Shown: in pieces, positions 30,289 to 42,933 of the stretch
Layout of the letters: each line of letters starts with the position of its first letter
Numbering within the stretch: position 1 is the first letter of the stretch
NCBI GenBank assembly: GCA_002897995.1
Contig: BDTT01000024.1
Coordinates: forward strand, 20,579-84,578
Origin: a bacterium BMS3Bbin10
GTDB lineage: Bacteria > Pseudomonadota > Alphaproteobacteria > Rhizobiales > Methyloligellaceae
Length of the DNA: 64,000 nucleotides
Direction of reading: 5' to 3'
Translations under genes and position numbers: made by a program
The notes under the pieces: model-generated
Databases searched by the model: none
Seen by the model: only the letters and a program-made list of their open reading frames with translations
Told to the model about the DNA's origin: nothing

Positions 30289-32771
30289 TCGGCTGCCTGG
30301 CTCTGTGAGTCGGTCTTCCTGTAATGCGGGAGAACTTCTTCCGGGTCGAAATGATCGACGGCTATAACTTGCGTCACGAGCTCTTCGAGTTCCTTCAGCG
30401 CCGCCGCCTCATCGGCCGTGATCACGCCCTTGTCCCGCGCCTCGCCAATCCAGTCATTGGTAAGATTGCGCGCGATTGTGCCAGCACGCACGGCTTTTTC
30501 AAGTTTCTTGTCTGCATCGCGCAACGCGATGACCTTGCCGAGCGTATGCTCCAGCAGACCCACCGGATCGGCCGGATCGTCGGTGATAAAAATGTCACGG
30601 GTAAGGCGGTCGCGCAGCTCTCCCGGTTGCAGGGCGGCGCGTGTGATCTCCTTGCCCAGCGCATCGCTTGCCGGTTTCGCGCGCGCACCCAGCGGGAACA
30701 CCAGCGGGCGCAGGATAAATCTTACCGGCAGCACCGGGAAATTATCGATAACGCCCTTCAGGGCCCGCTGAAACCTGTACAGATGATTGGCGGCGCAATA
30801 GTCGACGATTTTAGCGTCCGCCTCGGGCTGCCCGTCATCCTCAAAACGCTTCAGCACACAGGACAGAAGATAGAGTTCGCTCAAGGCATCCGCGAGCCGC
30901 CCGGTGATCTTCTGTTTGACCTTCAGCCCGCCGCCAAGAGACGCCACGGTCAGGTCGGCCACCAGCGCGAAGCTGCGCGCGGAGCGGGCGAGCTGCCTGT
31001 ACCAGCGCCGGTTGACGCCGCCATGGGCCGGAGCGCTGGCAAGATATCCGCCGGTGAGATTATGGAACAGCGAGCCGAAGATATTGGCCATCGCAAAGGA
31101 GACATGGCCGCAAAAGGCCTTCTCGAAGGCGGCGATGCCGCGCTCGGTATCCCAGTCCCGCAACGCCTCGACTTCCTTGTAGAGCCAGGGATGGCTTCTC
31201 AGCGCACCCTGCGCGAAGGTGATGAGCGTGCGGGTCAGGATATTGGCGCCCTCGACCGTAATGGCCACGGGCATGGCCTGATAGGCCGATTGCAGATAAT
31301 TCGAGGGGCCGTCGCAAATGGCGCGTCCCCCGTGAATGTCAAAGGCGTCATTCACCGCAATGCGCATGCGTTCGGTGGTCTGATATTTCAGCAATGCGGA
31401 AATCACCGATGGCTTCTCGCCGGCCGTGACCATGGAGGCGGTGACCGAGCGCCCGGCCTCGCAGACGTAAGCGGTCTCGACGAGCCGCGCCAGCGGTTCC
31501 TCGACCCCCTCCATGAAGGCGATGGGCAACCCGAACTGCTTGCGGATGCGGGCATAGGCGGTGGAGTTGCGCAACAGCGCCTTGGCGGCGGCCGTACTGG
31601 TCGCGGGCAGCGATATGGCGCGCCCCTCCGAGAGGCACTCCATCAGCATGCGCCATCCCTGCCCCACGCCGTCGCGCGCGCCGACCACCCACTCCAGGGG
31701 CACGAAAACATCCCGGCCCCAGTTGGGACCGTTCGGGAAGGCGACACCGCCGGGCAAATGCCGCCGGCCGATTTCGACACCCTTGTGAGAGGTTGGAATA
31801 AGCAGGACCGTGATGCCAAGGTCCTTGCTCTTCCCAAGCAGAAGGTCGGGATCCTGAACTTCGACGGCGAGACCCAGAAGGGTCGCATTGGGCCCAAGCG
31901 TGATATAGCGCTTCTCCCATGTGAGGCGTATCCCCAGCGTTTCCCTGCCCTCGAATGCCTGTTTGCATACGATACCGATGTCGCGCATGGCGGCCGCATC
32001 CGACCCCGACGCCGGTCCGGTGAGAGCGAAGCACGGGATTTCCTCGCCCCGCGCCAGCCGTTTCAGATATTTCGATTTCTGCTCATCGGTGCCGTATCTC
32101 TCGATCAACTCGCCCGGCCCCAGAGAATTGGGTACCATGACAATGACCGCGACATCGGGGCAGCGCGACGCAATCTTGCCGATAATCAGCGATTGCGCCT
32201 GAGCGGAAAATCCCAGCCCGCCATGTTCCTTCGATATGAGCATGCCGAGAAAACCGTTCTCGGTAACGAACTTCCAGACCTCTTCGGGGATGTCCTTGCG
32301 GATGTGGCGGATATCCCAGTCGTCCACCATCCGGCACAATTCTTCGGTCGGCCCGTCGATAAATGCGCGCTCCTCGGCGCTCAACGACATGGGCGGAATA
32401 TCGCGAAGCCGCTGCCAGTCCGGCGCGCCGCCGAACAACTCCGCGTCCCAGCCGATCGTGCCCGCTTCCAGCGCCTCGCGTTCGGTGGCGGAAACCTTCG
32501 GCATGATTTTCTTCAGCGCGCCATAGGCGGGACGAATGACAAGGGCCTGCCGCACGGGCCGTATTGAAAAGGCCGCCATGACGCCGGCGACGACCCAGCC
32601 CGCGAATGCGCCGCCGGCAAGCGAAACAAGCGGCTCCGAATAGGGCAGCCCGAACTGCGCGATAAGGGTCAGGACCGCGATGGTCGCGGCCCAGATCGAA
32701 AGCGGCGCCTGCCGAAGCGCCAGCCATACGAGCGCCGCAAGGCATACAAAAAGAAATATTAGCGCCGACAT
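30285..32771 (-). CDS. Large FadE-type acyl-CoA dehydrogenase with N-terminal membrane segments
   Basis: ~828 aa with TM helices at the N-terminus and an ACAD core (FALTGPASGSDAA). ATG at 32771 (MSALIFLF). Confidence 0.9.
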   Translation of the reverse strand: MSALIFLFVCLAALVWLALRQAPLSIWAATIAVLTLIAQFGLPYSEPLVSLAGGAFAGWVVAGVMAAFSIRPVRQALVIRPAYGALKKIMPKVSATEREALEAGTIGWDAELFGGAPDWQRLRDIPPMSLSAEERAFIDGPTEELCRMVDDWDIRHIRKDIPEEVWKFVTENGFLGMLISKEHGGLGFSAQAQSLIIGKIASRCPDVAVIVMVPNSLGPGELIERYGTDEQKSKYLKRLARGEEIPCFALTGPASGSDAAAMRDIGIVCKQAFEGRETLGIRLTWEKRYITLGPNATLLGLAVEVQDPDLLLGKSKDLGITVLLIPTSHKGVEIGRRHLPGGVAFPNGPNWGRDVFVPLEWVVGARDGVGQGWRMLMECLSEGRAISLPATSTAAAKALLRNSTAYARIRKQFGLPIAFMEGVEEPLARLVETAYVCEAGRSVTASMVTAGEKPSVISALLKYQTTERMRIAVNDAFDIHGGRAICDGPSNYLQSAYQAMPVAITVEGANILTRTLITFAQGALRSHPWLYKEVEALRDWDTERGIAAFEKAFCGHVSFAMANIFGSLFHNLTGGYLASAPAHGGVNRRWYRQLARSARSFALVADLTVASLGGGLKVKQKITGRLADALSELYLLSCVLKRFEDDGQPEADAKIVDYCAANHLYRFQRALKGVIDNFPVLPVRFILRPLVFPLGARAKPASDALGKEITRAALQPGELRDRLTRDIFITDDPADPVGLLEHTLGKVIALRDADKKLEKAVRAGTIARNLTNDWIGEARDKGVITADEAAALKELEELVTQVIAVDHFDPEEVLPHYRKTDSQSQAAE

Positions 32772-33012
32772 GGCCGCAGTCTCCTCTTCCGACTCGCCCC
32801 CAGCACTCTCCCCAAGCACTCCCCTATGTTTACCGCCTCCGGCCCCTGAATCAACACAAGTAATTCACGGTCCGTATTTGACTCCATTTCTTAAATTCCT
32901 GCTCAGGCTCGGGACCCACTAGTTGCTTCCATTATGTTTGGTCAGGAGGCTTCGGTAAAACGCACTGCTTGTCCTTGTGTTATGAATTGGATAAGCCTTC
33001 GCGAAGCGCCGG

Positions 33013-33306
33013 GTGCGCCATCGCGACTTCCCGGCGGCCAACATGAATTCAAGGGGCATGTCCATGGCGCAAGATCCGATCCCGGCCCAGCTGGGGCCTT
33101 TTGAACTCGAAGTCGAGGCCGGCAAACGTTATTCCTGGTGCCGCTGCGGCCGCTCCAAAACCCAGCCCCTTTGCGACGGCTCGCACAAGGACACCGGTCT
33201 CGAGCCGTTGACCTTTACCGCCGAAAAGACCGAGACCCTCTATCTGTGCGGCTGCAAGGATACGGGCGATGAACCGTTTTGCGATGGCTCGCACCTGATG
33301 CTGTAG
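33013..33306 (+). CDS. CDGSH-type iron-sulfur domain protein (two CDGSH motifs)
   Basis: CRCGRSKTQPLCDGSH and CGCKDTGDEPFCDGSH. Start uncertain; later ATGs lie at 33043 and 33058. Confidence 0.85.
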   Translation: MRHRDFPAANMNSRGMSMAQDPIPAQLGPFELEVEAGKRYSWCRCGRSKTQPLCDGSHKDTGLEPLTFTAEKTETLYLCGCKDTGDEPFCDGSHLML

Positions 33307-33317
33307 GTCATGGGCCG

Positions 33318-33524
33318 CTAGCTGGACGATTTGAGATCGCTCGCGAACTCCTTTTCCAGTTCTTTCTCGAGACGCGCAAGATCGTCCGGAACCGGCATGC
33401 CGAAGGCCCGGAAACCGGCGAGCTTTTCGCGCAGTTGCAGATAAAATTCATGCTTGTCCTCGGGAAGATTCTCCATCTGCGTCAACAGCAGGTTCAGTTC
33501 GGCTTCAAGTTCGCTCAAATCCAT
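33318..33524 (-). CDS. Small acidic helical hypothetical protein (68 aa)
   Basis: Clean ORF with a coiled-coil-like sequence. I recognise no family. Confidence 0.45.
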   Translation of the reverse strand: MDLSELEAELNLLLTQMENLPEDKHEFYLQLREKLAGFRAFGMPVPDDLARLEKELEKEFASDLKSSS

Positions 33525-33598
33525 GACTCGTTCCTCCTCTCCCTACCAAACAGCTCTTCGAGGGCGGCGGCAATAGACCTTATGCTCCATGTCATGGC

Positions 33599-34663
33599 AT
33601 GGTTCGCCACCTTGTCCCTTGTCCAGGATCAAACGGAGTGAGAGCCTTGTCAGCTCCCGGACCCAGGAATCTCATCACGGATATTGCCGGCTTGCGCGTT
33701 GGCAATTCTCACGATGAGAAACTGCGCTCGGGCGTAACCGTCCTGCTTTGCGACGGCCCCATGAACGCCGCGCTGGATATACGCGGCGGCGGTACGGGCA
33801 CGCGCGAGGCCAGCGCGCTGGAAGTGGGGGGGGTCGTCCAGCAGGTCCACGGTCTGGTCCTGTCGGGAGGCTCCGCGTTCGGGCTCGATGCGGCGACGGG
33901 CGTTCAGAGCTGGTTGCGCGCCAAAGGCCAGGGCTTCATGATTGGCGAAGCCTGCGTGCCCATCGTCCCCCAGGCGATCCTGTTCGATCTGCTCAATGGC
34001 GGCGACAAGGACTGGGGCAAGCGCCCGCCCTATCAGGAGCTGGGGTTCGCCGCCTGCGGGAATGCGGCCGCGGAATTTTCCCTTGGCGCCGCCGGCGCGG
34101 GGTATGGCGCCACAACATTCAATCTGAAGGGCGGCCTCGGCAGCGCGTCGGTTGTAACGCCGGGCGGGATCACCGTCGCGGCTCTGGCGGCCGTCAATGC
34201 GGCCGGCTCCCTCACCATGGGCGACACGCCGTATTTCTGGGCCGCCCCATTCGAGTCCGGCGCTGAATTCGGCGGCCGCGGGTCTCCCGCAACGACGCCG
34301 CCCGGAGCGCTGGCGCCCGCATTCAAGGGAAGCCCCGGCGAAAGCACCACCCTTGTGATCGTTGCAACCGATGCGTCGCTCGACCGGGCGATGCTGAAAC
34401 GTCTCGCCATCATGGCCCAGAGCGGTCTGGCCCGCGCCGTCTATCCGGTGCACACGCCGCTCGACGGCGATATCGTGTTCGCGGTTTCCACGGATGAAAA
34501 ACCGGCGCCCGATCCTGTCCGGGGTCTGGCGGAACTGGGAGTTCATGGCGCCAATGCAACCGCCCGCGCCATCGCCCGCGCCGTTTACGAGGCAAGCGGA
34601 TTCAGCGGTGAACCGAACGGCCTCCCCGCCTATAAGGACCGTCACACAGGAGCCGGAAGATGA
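33599..34663 (+). CDS. P1/S58 (DmpA-type) aminopeptidase family protein
   Basis: NLITDIAGLRVGN...SGVTVLL...GGGTGTRE and the later ESTTLVIVATDA pattern. Start uncertain. Confidence 0.85.
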   Translation: MVRHLVPCPGSNGVRALSAPGPRNLITDIAGLRVGNSHDEKLRSGVTVLLCDGPMNAALDIRGGGTGTREASALEVGGVVQQVHGLVLSGGSAFGLDAATGVQSWLRAKGQGFMIGEACVPIVPQAILFDLLNGGDKDWGKRPPYQELGFAACGNAAAEFSLGAAGAGYGATTFNLKGGLGSASVVTPGGITVAALAAVNAAGSLTMGDTPYFWAAPFESGAEFGGRGSPATTPPGALAPAFKGSPGESTTLVIVATDASLDRAMLKRLAIMAQSGLARAVYPVHTPLDGDIVFAVSTDEKPAPDPVRGLAELGVHGANATARAIARAVYEASGFSGEPNGLPAYKDRHTGAGR

Positions 34664-35409
34664 ATACGCCCCTTACCGCGCCGCATTTCGCGCGCATATT
34701 TTCTCTCTTTGTACTGGCGCTCCTGCTCGGCTTTGCAAAGCCCGCGCAGGCCGGCGAATTCGCCGAAAGGCGGATTCTCGGTTTCTCTCCGGACGGGCGC
34801 TATTTTGCCTTTGAGCAGTTCGGCGTTCAGGACGGCTCGGGCTTTCCATATGCGGATATCTTCCTGGTCGACACGGCGACCGACGAATGGGTCGGGGGTT
34901 CGCCGTTCCGCGTGCGGCTGAGAGACGAGCGCGCGCAGCTCAAAGAGGCGCGTAAGGAAGCTCTCAACAGGGCCGGCGATCTGTTGCGAAAACTGGCTAT
35001 TTCAGAACCGGGACGGCTGCTGGCGTCCAATCCGCCGGGCGAGCTGAGCGCCGACCCTTATCGCGTGGAGGTCAATGTCAGCCAGATTGCCGGCGGCGCG
35101 CCGGACCGCCGGACCTTTACGCTTGAAGAAACAGCCCTTGCGAATGCGCGATGCGCCGCCTTTACCGCCATGCCCATAAAGGGATTCCGCCTGACGACGC
35201 AACGCCAGGACAGCGCGCCGCAGGTGCTTCACAGCGATACCTCGATCCCCAAGAGCCGAGGCTGCCCGCTGCGCTACGCCATATCCGACATCATTGTATT
35301 TGAAGCCGGGGCCGGGCGCCGGGTATTCGCCATCCTGGTCAGCGTCTACGCCCTCGGATTCGAAGGCCCGGACCGGCGTTTCATGGCCATCACGCGGGCG
35401 CTGAACTGA
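34660..35409 (+). CDS. Secreted hypothetical protein (DUF2259-like)
   Basis: Signal peptide ending AQA. FSPDGRYFAFEQFGVQDGSGFPYADIF resembles DUF2259 as I remember it. 4-nt overlap with the upstream peptidase gene. Confidence 0.55.
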   Translation: MNTPLTAPHFARIFSLFVLALLLGFAKPAQAGEFAERRILGFSPDGRYFAFEQFGVQDGSGFPYADIFLVDTATDEWVGGSPFRVRLRDERAQLKEARKEALNRAGDLLRKLAISEPGRLLASNPPGELSADPYRVEVNVSQIAGGAPDRRTFTLEETALANARCAAFTAMPIKGFRLTTQRQDSAPQVLHSDTSIPKSRGCPLRYAISDIIVFEAGAGRRVFAILVSVYALGFEGPDRRFMAITRALN

Positions 35410-35502
35410 AAAGTCTCAAACCCGCAATTGCAGCGGGACCGTTTGCATGGCAAGCTCGCGGCCTGGGGCATGCGTGCATGCGCCTGATTTGGGGGAATTC
35501 CA

Positions 35503-35985
35503 ATGGAACAGAGCGGGTTGAGCCGCGCGGTCGGATTTTTCCTGGCGGTGCTGTTCGCGGCGGTTATGGGGATGAGCCTCATTGCCGTTCTGGTGACCGA
35601 ATATATGGAACCGGGGCGCGTCATGGGCGAGCAGGCGCGGCTGACGCTGCGGATATGCGGCATTGCCGGTGCCTTGGCCGCTCTGCTCGCATGGTGGCTG
35701 CAGCGCTTCGCCGCCCGTCGCGGCTTCGCCGTCCGGTTTTTCTACGCGCTCGTCATCTTCCTTCTGGCGTTCGGCGCGCTTGGCGGTTTGCTGGGGGTCA
35801 TTTCCAATTTCATGTTCAACCCCGGCTCCAATGATTTCAGCCTGACCGGCCTCTATTGGGCGTCGGTTGGCGGGTTCTACACCTTTGTGCTGTTCCTGCT
35901 GGGATCGTTCAATCCGGGTCTGCTCGTCGTGTTGCTTTCGCCGGGAATCATTCTGGCGCTCGTCGGCCCGAGGGAAATCGCCTGA
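35503..35985 (+). CDS. Hypothetical integral membrane protein (4 TM)
   Basis: Four hydrophobic segments. No recognised family. Confidence 0.5.
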   Translation: MEQSGLSRAVGFFLAVLFAAVMGMSLIAVLVTEYMEPGRVMGEQARLTLRICGIAGALAALLAWWLQRFAARRGFAVRFFYALVIFLLAFGALGGLLGVISNFMFNPGSNDFSLTGLYWASVGGFYTFVLFLLGSFNPGLLVVLLSPGIILALVGPREIA

Positions 35986-36057
35986 GCGGCAATGATTGAG
36001 CGCGGGCACGCTCTCTGATAGACCACGCATTCCTTCAAATTATCAGGCGTCCTAAAT

Positions 36058-37350
36058 ATGATTCCCCGCTACACACGCGCTCCAATGGCCAAAATCTGGG
36101 AGCCGGAGTCCAAATTCCAGATCTGGTTCGAAATCGAGGCCCATGCCTGCGATGCGATGGCCGATCTCGGCATCATCCCTAAAGAAGCCGCCAAGGCCAT
36201 CCGGGACAGAGGCGGCTTCGACGTCGCCCGCATCGATGAAATCGAGCGTGAGGTAAAACACGATGTCATCGCCTTCCTCACCAGCCTCGCGGAACATGTG
36301 GGCGAGGAGGCCCGCTTCGTCCATCAGGGCCTGACCTCGTCGGATGTGCTCGACACCTGTTTCGCCGTCCAGCTGGTCAGGGCCTCCGACATTCTGCTGG
36401 AAGACCTGGACGCCCTGCTCGCCGCACTGAAAAAGCGCGCCATCGAGCATAAAGATACTGTGTGCATCGGGCGCAGCCACGCCATTCACGCCGAACCCAC
36501 AACATTCGGCCTCAAAATGGCGCAAGCCTTTGCGGAATTCTCCCGCTGCAAGGATCGCCTGCTGGCGGCGCGCGCGGAGATTGCCACCTGCGCCATTTCC
36601 GGCCCCGTCGGCACCTTCGCCACCGTCGACCCGCGCATCGAGGAACATGTGGCCAAGGCGCTCGGGCTGGAGGTTGAGCCCATTTCCACGCAAGTCATCC
36701 CGCGCGACCGGCACGCCATGTATTTCGCCACCCTCGGCGTCATCGCCTCCTCCATCGAGCGCCTGGCGACGGAAGTGCGCCACCTGCAGCGCACCGAGGT
36801 GCTGGAGGTGGAGGAATATTTCTCTTCCCGTCAAAAGGGCTCCTCCGCCATGCCCCACAAGCGCAACCCCGTGCTGACGGAAAATCTCACCGGGCTGGCG
36901 CGGCTGGTGCGCTCGGCAGTCACACCGGCCCTTGAGAATGTCGCGCTGTGGCATGAGCGCGATATTTCGCACTCCTCCGTTGAGCGCGGCATCGCGCCCG
37001 ACGCAACGGCCCATCTCGACTTCGCGCTCGCGCGCCTCACCGGGGTTATCGAAAAGCTGGTCGTCTATCCCGAGACCATGCAGGCCAATATGGACAAGCT
37101 CGGCGGGCTGATCCATTCCCAGCGCGTGCTTCTGGCGCTCACGCAGGCCGGCGTATCACGCGAAGACGCCTACACCCTTGTCCAGCGCAACGCCATGAAA
37201 GTATGGGAGGACGGCGCCGATTTTCTGGAACAGCTGCTCGCCGACAAGGATGTGACGTCCGCCCTTTCGCAAGACGAGATTCGCGACAAATTCGATATGG
37301 GGTATCACACCAAGAATGTGGATGTGATTTTCAAACGGGTGTTTGGCTAG
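36058..37350 (+). CDS. purB: Adenylosuccinate lyase
   Basis: MIPRYTRAPM...SSAMPHKRNP signature. Confidence 0.97.
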   Translation: MIPRYTRAPMAKIWEPESKFQIWFEIEAHACDAMADLGIIPKEAAKAIRDRGGFDVARIDEIEREVKHDVIAFLTSLAEHVGEEARFVHQGLTSSDVLDTCFAVQLVRASDILLEDLDALLAALKKRAIEHKDTVCIGRSHAIHAEPTTFGLKMAQAFAEFSRCKDRLLAARAEIATCAISGPVGTFATVDPRIEEHVAKALGLEVEPISTQVIPRDRHAMYFATLGVIASSIERLATEVRHLQRTEVLEVEEYFSSRQKGSSAMPHKRNPVLTENLTGLARLVRSAVTPALENVALWHERDISHSSVERGIAPDATAHLDFALARLTGVIEKLVVYPETMQANMDKLGGLIHSQRVLLALTQAGVSREDAYTLVQRNAMKVWEDGADFLEQLLADKDVTSALSQDEIRDKFDMGYHTKNVDVIFKRVFG

Positions 37351-38105
37351 CCCTTCAGCGCTTTCACCACATCCGCCGCCGCGCCGCCAAGCAGGCCCAT
37401 ATCCGTACCCACCGAAATGACGTCCCAACCGGCCGCGATCAAGGGTTTCGCGTAATCGATATCATTTGCGAAAATCGCTGCTATTACAGAATGTTCCTGC
37501 GTTTCTTTAAGAATTTCATTGCAGGCCTCGACCACCTCGGGCTTACGGATATCGCGCGCTCCCGTCAGCGCCAGCGCGAGGTCGTTCGGCCCCACGAGCA
37601 CCATATCGAGGCCATCGACCTTGAGGATGTCGTCGAGATTGTCCATCGCGCCCCGGGTTTCAATCTGAACGCAGTTGATGACCCAGTCATTGGCCTGCTC
37701 AAGATAATCGCCGTCGATGAGAAACCTGCCGCGATAAGGCCCCCAGCTGCGCGCGCCGCGCGGGGGATATGATCCGGCCCGCACACAGGCCTCTACATCG
37801 CCGACATTTTCAACCAGCGGAGAAACGACGCCCTGGGCTCCGGCATCGAGGGCCGCGCCAATCAGACCGGCATCGGGGGTGAGCGGCCGCACGAGCGCCG
37901 GAAGCCGCGCGGCCCGCGCCGCGGTGAGGCAATTTACGAGATCGGCGTGATGCCCGAGCCCATGCTGGGAATCGATGAGCACGGCGTCATAGCCCGCCTC
38001 TCCCATCTGCTCGACAATGATGGGAACCCCATAGGTGACCCACGCCATGAGCGTTGGCTTTTTGCCGGCAATGGATGCACGTAGCGATTTCAGGGGCGCG
38101 GGCAC
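37347..38105 (-). CDS. HpcH/HpaI-family aldolase
   Basis: Typical length and LIDSQHG / VPLVE-type pattern. The divalent-metal aldolase family is assigned by eye. Confidence 0.8.
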   Translation of the reverse strand: MPAPLKSLRASIAGKKPTLMAWVTYGVPIIVEQMGEAGYDAVLIDSQHGLGHHADLVNCLTAARAARLPALVRPLTPDAGLIGAALDAGAQGVVSPLVENVGDVEACVRAGSYPPRGARSWGPYRGRFLIDGDYLEQANDWVINCVQIETRGAMDNLDDILKVDGLDMVLVGPNDLALALTGARDIRKPEVVEACNEILKETQEHSVIAAIFANDIDYAKPLIAAGWDVISVGTDMGLLGGAAADVVKALKG

Positions 38106-38108
38106 GCG

Positions 38109-38435
38109 CTAGTCGCGTTCGTTCTCTATCTGAACAATGGCCTTTTCCATTAATTCCTCCATGGTCCGGCGGATCTGATGATCGGACTGGTCAATTTCCG
38201 CCTCGTCGAAATCACCGCGGATTTTGCGGAATACATCCTCGTCGCCCGGTTCTTCAAGATCGGCCACCACGACGCTCTTGGCATATTTTTCAACCTCGTC
38301 GCCCGTCAGTCCCATTTTTTCCGCGGCCCACCGGCCGAGCAGCTTGTTGCGGCGGGCGGAGGCCTTGAACTCCAGCTCCGCATCTTGGACGAACTTTTTT
38401 TCATACGCCTTTTCACGATCATCAAACGACTTCAT
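38109..38435 (-). CDS. DUF1476 protein (alphaproteobacterial F1-ATPase inhibitor zeta-subunit family)
   Basis: MKSFDDREKAYEKKFVQDAELEFKASARRNKLLGRWAAEKMGL is the characteristic N-terminus. ATG at 38435. Confidence 0.8.
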   Translation of the reverse strand: MKSFDDREKAYEKKFVQDAELEFKASARRNKLLGRWAAEKMGLTGDEVEKYAKSVVVADLEEPGDEDVFRKIRGDFDEAEIDQSDHQIRRTMEELMEKAIVQIENERD

Positions 38436-38783
38436 TTTCTTGCAACTCCTCAACAATTTCGCGGGGGTCCGTATTGGCAGGCGGGCGCAGAGCCAAGACT
38501 GCCACCTCAAGCGCAGGGATAGCCCGGCGCCGGGCGCAAATCAACCGGCCGTTCGCTGTGGCGGGCCACGGCTTCAGGTGATTGTTTCTTGGGGCCCCTT
38601 CCGCTAGGTTCGATGCGTCATCGGAAGCGATTCTCGCGCGGGTGTTCTTACCGTTGCGCGCCGGGTAGAAACAATCATATTGAACATCTGGCAGATCAGC
38701 GGACACCTTGGATGTAGAGGCACACTGCAAACCGCATTTGCCGTCACCGGACCAGCCTGTTTATTGCATGAAAGGATCAACCC

Positions 38784-39554
38784 ATGAGCCGACGGCGGCG
38801 TGTTTACGAAGGCAAGGGCAAGATTCTCTACGAAGGACCCGAGCCAGGTCTGCTCGTCCAGCATTTCAAGGATGACGCTACAGCCTTCAACAACAAGAAA
38901 CACAACCGTGTCGAGGGCAAGGGCGTACTGAACAACCGCATCTCGGAATTTCTCTTCCAGCGGCTGAGCGAGATCGGCATTCCGACGCATTTTGTCAAAC
39001 GCCTCAACATGCGCGAGCAATTGATTCGCGAAGTCGAGATCATTCCGGTTGAGCTGGTGGTGCGAAATGTCGCCGCGGGCTCGCTCGCCAAGCGGCTGGG
39101 CCTCGAAGAAGGCACACAGCTTCCGCGCTCCATCGTGGAATTCTATTACAAGTCGGACGAACTGGACGACCCGATCGTTTCGGAAGAACATGTCACGGCA
39201 TTCGGCTGGGCCAATCCTCAGGAAATCGACGAAATGATCGCGCTTGCGCTCAGGATAAACGATTTTCTGACCGGGCTGTTTCTCGGGATCGGCATCCGGC
39301 TTGTGGACTTCAAAATCGAATTTGGCCGGTTGTTCGAAAACGAAATGATGCGCATAGTCCTGGCCGACGAAATCTCACCCGATTGCTGCCGGCTGTGGGA
39401 CATCAAGACACAGGACAAGATGGACAGGGACCGGTTCGACAAGGATCCCGACGGCCTTATCGGGGCCTATCAGGAAGTGGCCCGCCGGCTCGGCGTCTTT
39501 GTCGACAACCCTCCTGGCGAGGGTTCCGGACCGGTGCTTGTCAGCTCCAAATAG
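38784..39554 (+). CDS. purC: Phosphoribosylaminoimidazole-succinocarboxamide synthase
   Basis: [11 protein letters not shown]...VRNVAAGS..., 256 aa. Confidence 0.97.
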   Translation: MSRRRRVYEGKGKILYEGPEPGLLVQHFKDDATAFNNKKHNRVEGKGVLNNRISEFLFQRLSEIGIPTHFVKRLNMREQLIREVEIIPVELVVRNVAAGSLAKRLGLEEGTQLPRSIVEFYYKSDELDDPIVSEEHVTAFGWANPQEIDEMIALALRINDFLTGLFLGIGIRLVDFKIEFGRLFENEMMRIVLADEISPDCCRLWDIKTQDKMDRDRFDKDPDGLIGAYQEVARRLGVFVDNPPGEGSGPVLVSSK

Positions 39555-39602
39555 CAGCGGCTTATTTTTAACCTCAAATCGGACAACGGACCCGCAAGAG
39601 AC

Positions 39603-39848
39603 ATGAAGGCCCGGATCAAGATTACATTGAAAAACGGCGTCCTCGACCCCCAGGGCAAGGCCATTGCCAACGCGCTCGGAGCGCTCGGCTTCGACGGCGT
39701 GGGGGACGTGCGGCAGGGGAAATACATCGAGGTCGAACTCGACGATACGAACCGCGCCAGCGCGGAGAAAACCGTTAAGGCCATGTGCGAACAGCTGCTC
39801 GCCAATATGGTCATCGAGAATTACAGTTTTGAGCTGGAGGACGCATGA
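39603..39848 (+). CDS. purS: FGAM synthase subunit PurS
   Basis: MKARIKITLKNGVLDPQGKAI..., 81 aa. Confidence 0.95.
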   Translation: MKARIKITLKNGVLDPQGKAIANALGALGFDGVGDVRQGKYIEVELDDTNRASAEKTVKAMCEQLLANMVIENYSFELEDA

Positions 39849-40009
39849 CCGCCCGGGATGCGCTTCACATGCTTCGGGACGCGATGCCTTGCATCGCTCC
39901 TCGGCATGAGGGGGAGGTATTGCTCCGCGTCTTCCGCCGGCATGACCTCACCGCGAGAAGGCGCGCCGGCGCCGTCTTGAAGGGTGTGCACAGGGTGACG
40001 GGAAGCTGA
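39845..40009 (+). CDS. Candidate unannotated 54-codon ORF filling the purS-purQ spacer
   Basis: My own translation is [54 protein letters not shown]. Its ATG overlaps the purS stop (ATGA), GGAGGA lies 4 nt upstream, and its TGA sits 1 nt before the purQ ATG. Hand-counted third-position G+C is about 78%. Confidence 0.3.
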   Translation: MTARDALHMLRDAMPCIAPRHEGEVLLRVFRRHDLTARRRAGAVLKGVHRVTGS

Positions 40010-40010
40010 G

Positions 40011-40699
40011 ATGAAAGCGTCAGTGATCGTCTTTCCCGGTTCCAACTGCGACCGCGACGTCGCCGTTTCCCTTAAAGCGGCCATGGGATCGAGACCCGCC
40101 ATGGTCTGGCATGGCGAGGCGGACGTGCCTGCCAGCGATCTCATTGTTTTGCCCGGCGGCTTTTCCTATGGCGACTATCTGCGCTCCGGCGCCATGGCCG
40201 CCCATTCGCCGATCATGCGCGATGTGGTGGCAAAGGCGAGAAAAGGCACGCCGGTTCTGGGCATTTGCAACGGCTTCCACCTGCTCACGGAGACCGGATT
40301 GCTTCCCGGCGTGCTGATGCGCAACGCCTCGCTCAAATTCATCTGCAAGGATGTGCTGCTCAAGGTGGAGCGAAACGATACCGATTTTACGCGGCGCTAC
40401 GCTCCCGGCGATGTGATCCGTATCCCCATCGCCCATCATGACGGCAATTATTTCGCCGATGAGGACACCCTCGACCGGCTTGAGGGCGAAAACCTCATTG
40501 CCTTTCGCTATTGCGACGATGCGGGCGCACTCAGCGATGACGCCAACCCGAACGGCTCACAGCGCGCCATCGCGGGACTCTATAACGAAACGGGCACGGT
40601 GCTGGGCCTCATGCCGCATCCCGAACGCTTGGCCGACCCCGCGCTTGGCGGCACGGACGGCAAGCCCATGTTCACATCCCTTGTCGAGGCGTTTCACTG

Positions 40700-40700
<1 letters not shown>
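40011..40700 (+). CDS. purQ: FGAM synthase glutamine amidotransferase subunit PurQ
   Basis: [16 protein letters not shown]...GICNGF...HHDGNY. Confidence 0.97.
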
Positions 40701-42901
<2,201 letters not shown>

Positions 42902-42933
42902 ACTGCATCCAAGCCAAGGAGGGCCTGTCATCA

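Noticed and set aside
30324-32567. Very long antisense ORFs opposite real genes (747 aa opposite fadE; also 14134-15585 opposite nrdJ, 36052-37116 opposite purB, 45963-47198 opposite icd, 17762-18739 opposite the CinA-like gene, 47674-48798 opposite the channel)
   Set aside because: These are typical high-GC shadow ORFs. Their translations are Arg/Gly/Ala/Pro-rich with no recognisable motifs, while the opposite strand encodes unmistakable conserved proteins.
38511-38783. Possible ZTP (pfl) or purine riboswitch in the 270-bp region upstream of purC
   Set aside because: Neither the GGGTCGTGAC...CCGGGCGGA...CCGCCTGGGCA pattern of ZTP nor the purine riboswitch loop motifs are present. The region is more simply a divergent promoter region for purC and the DUF1476 gene.
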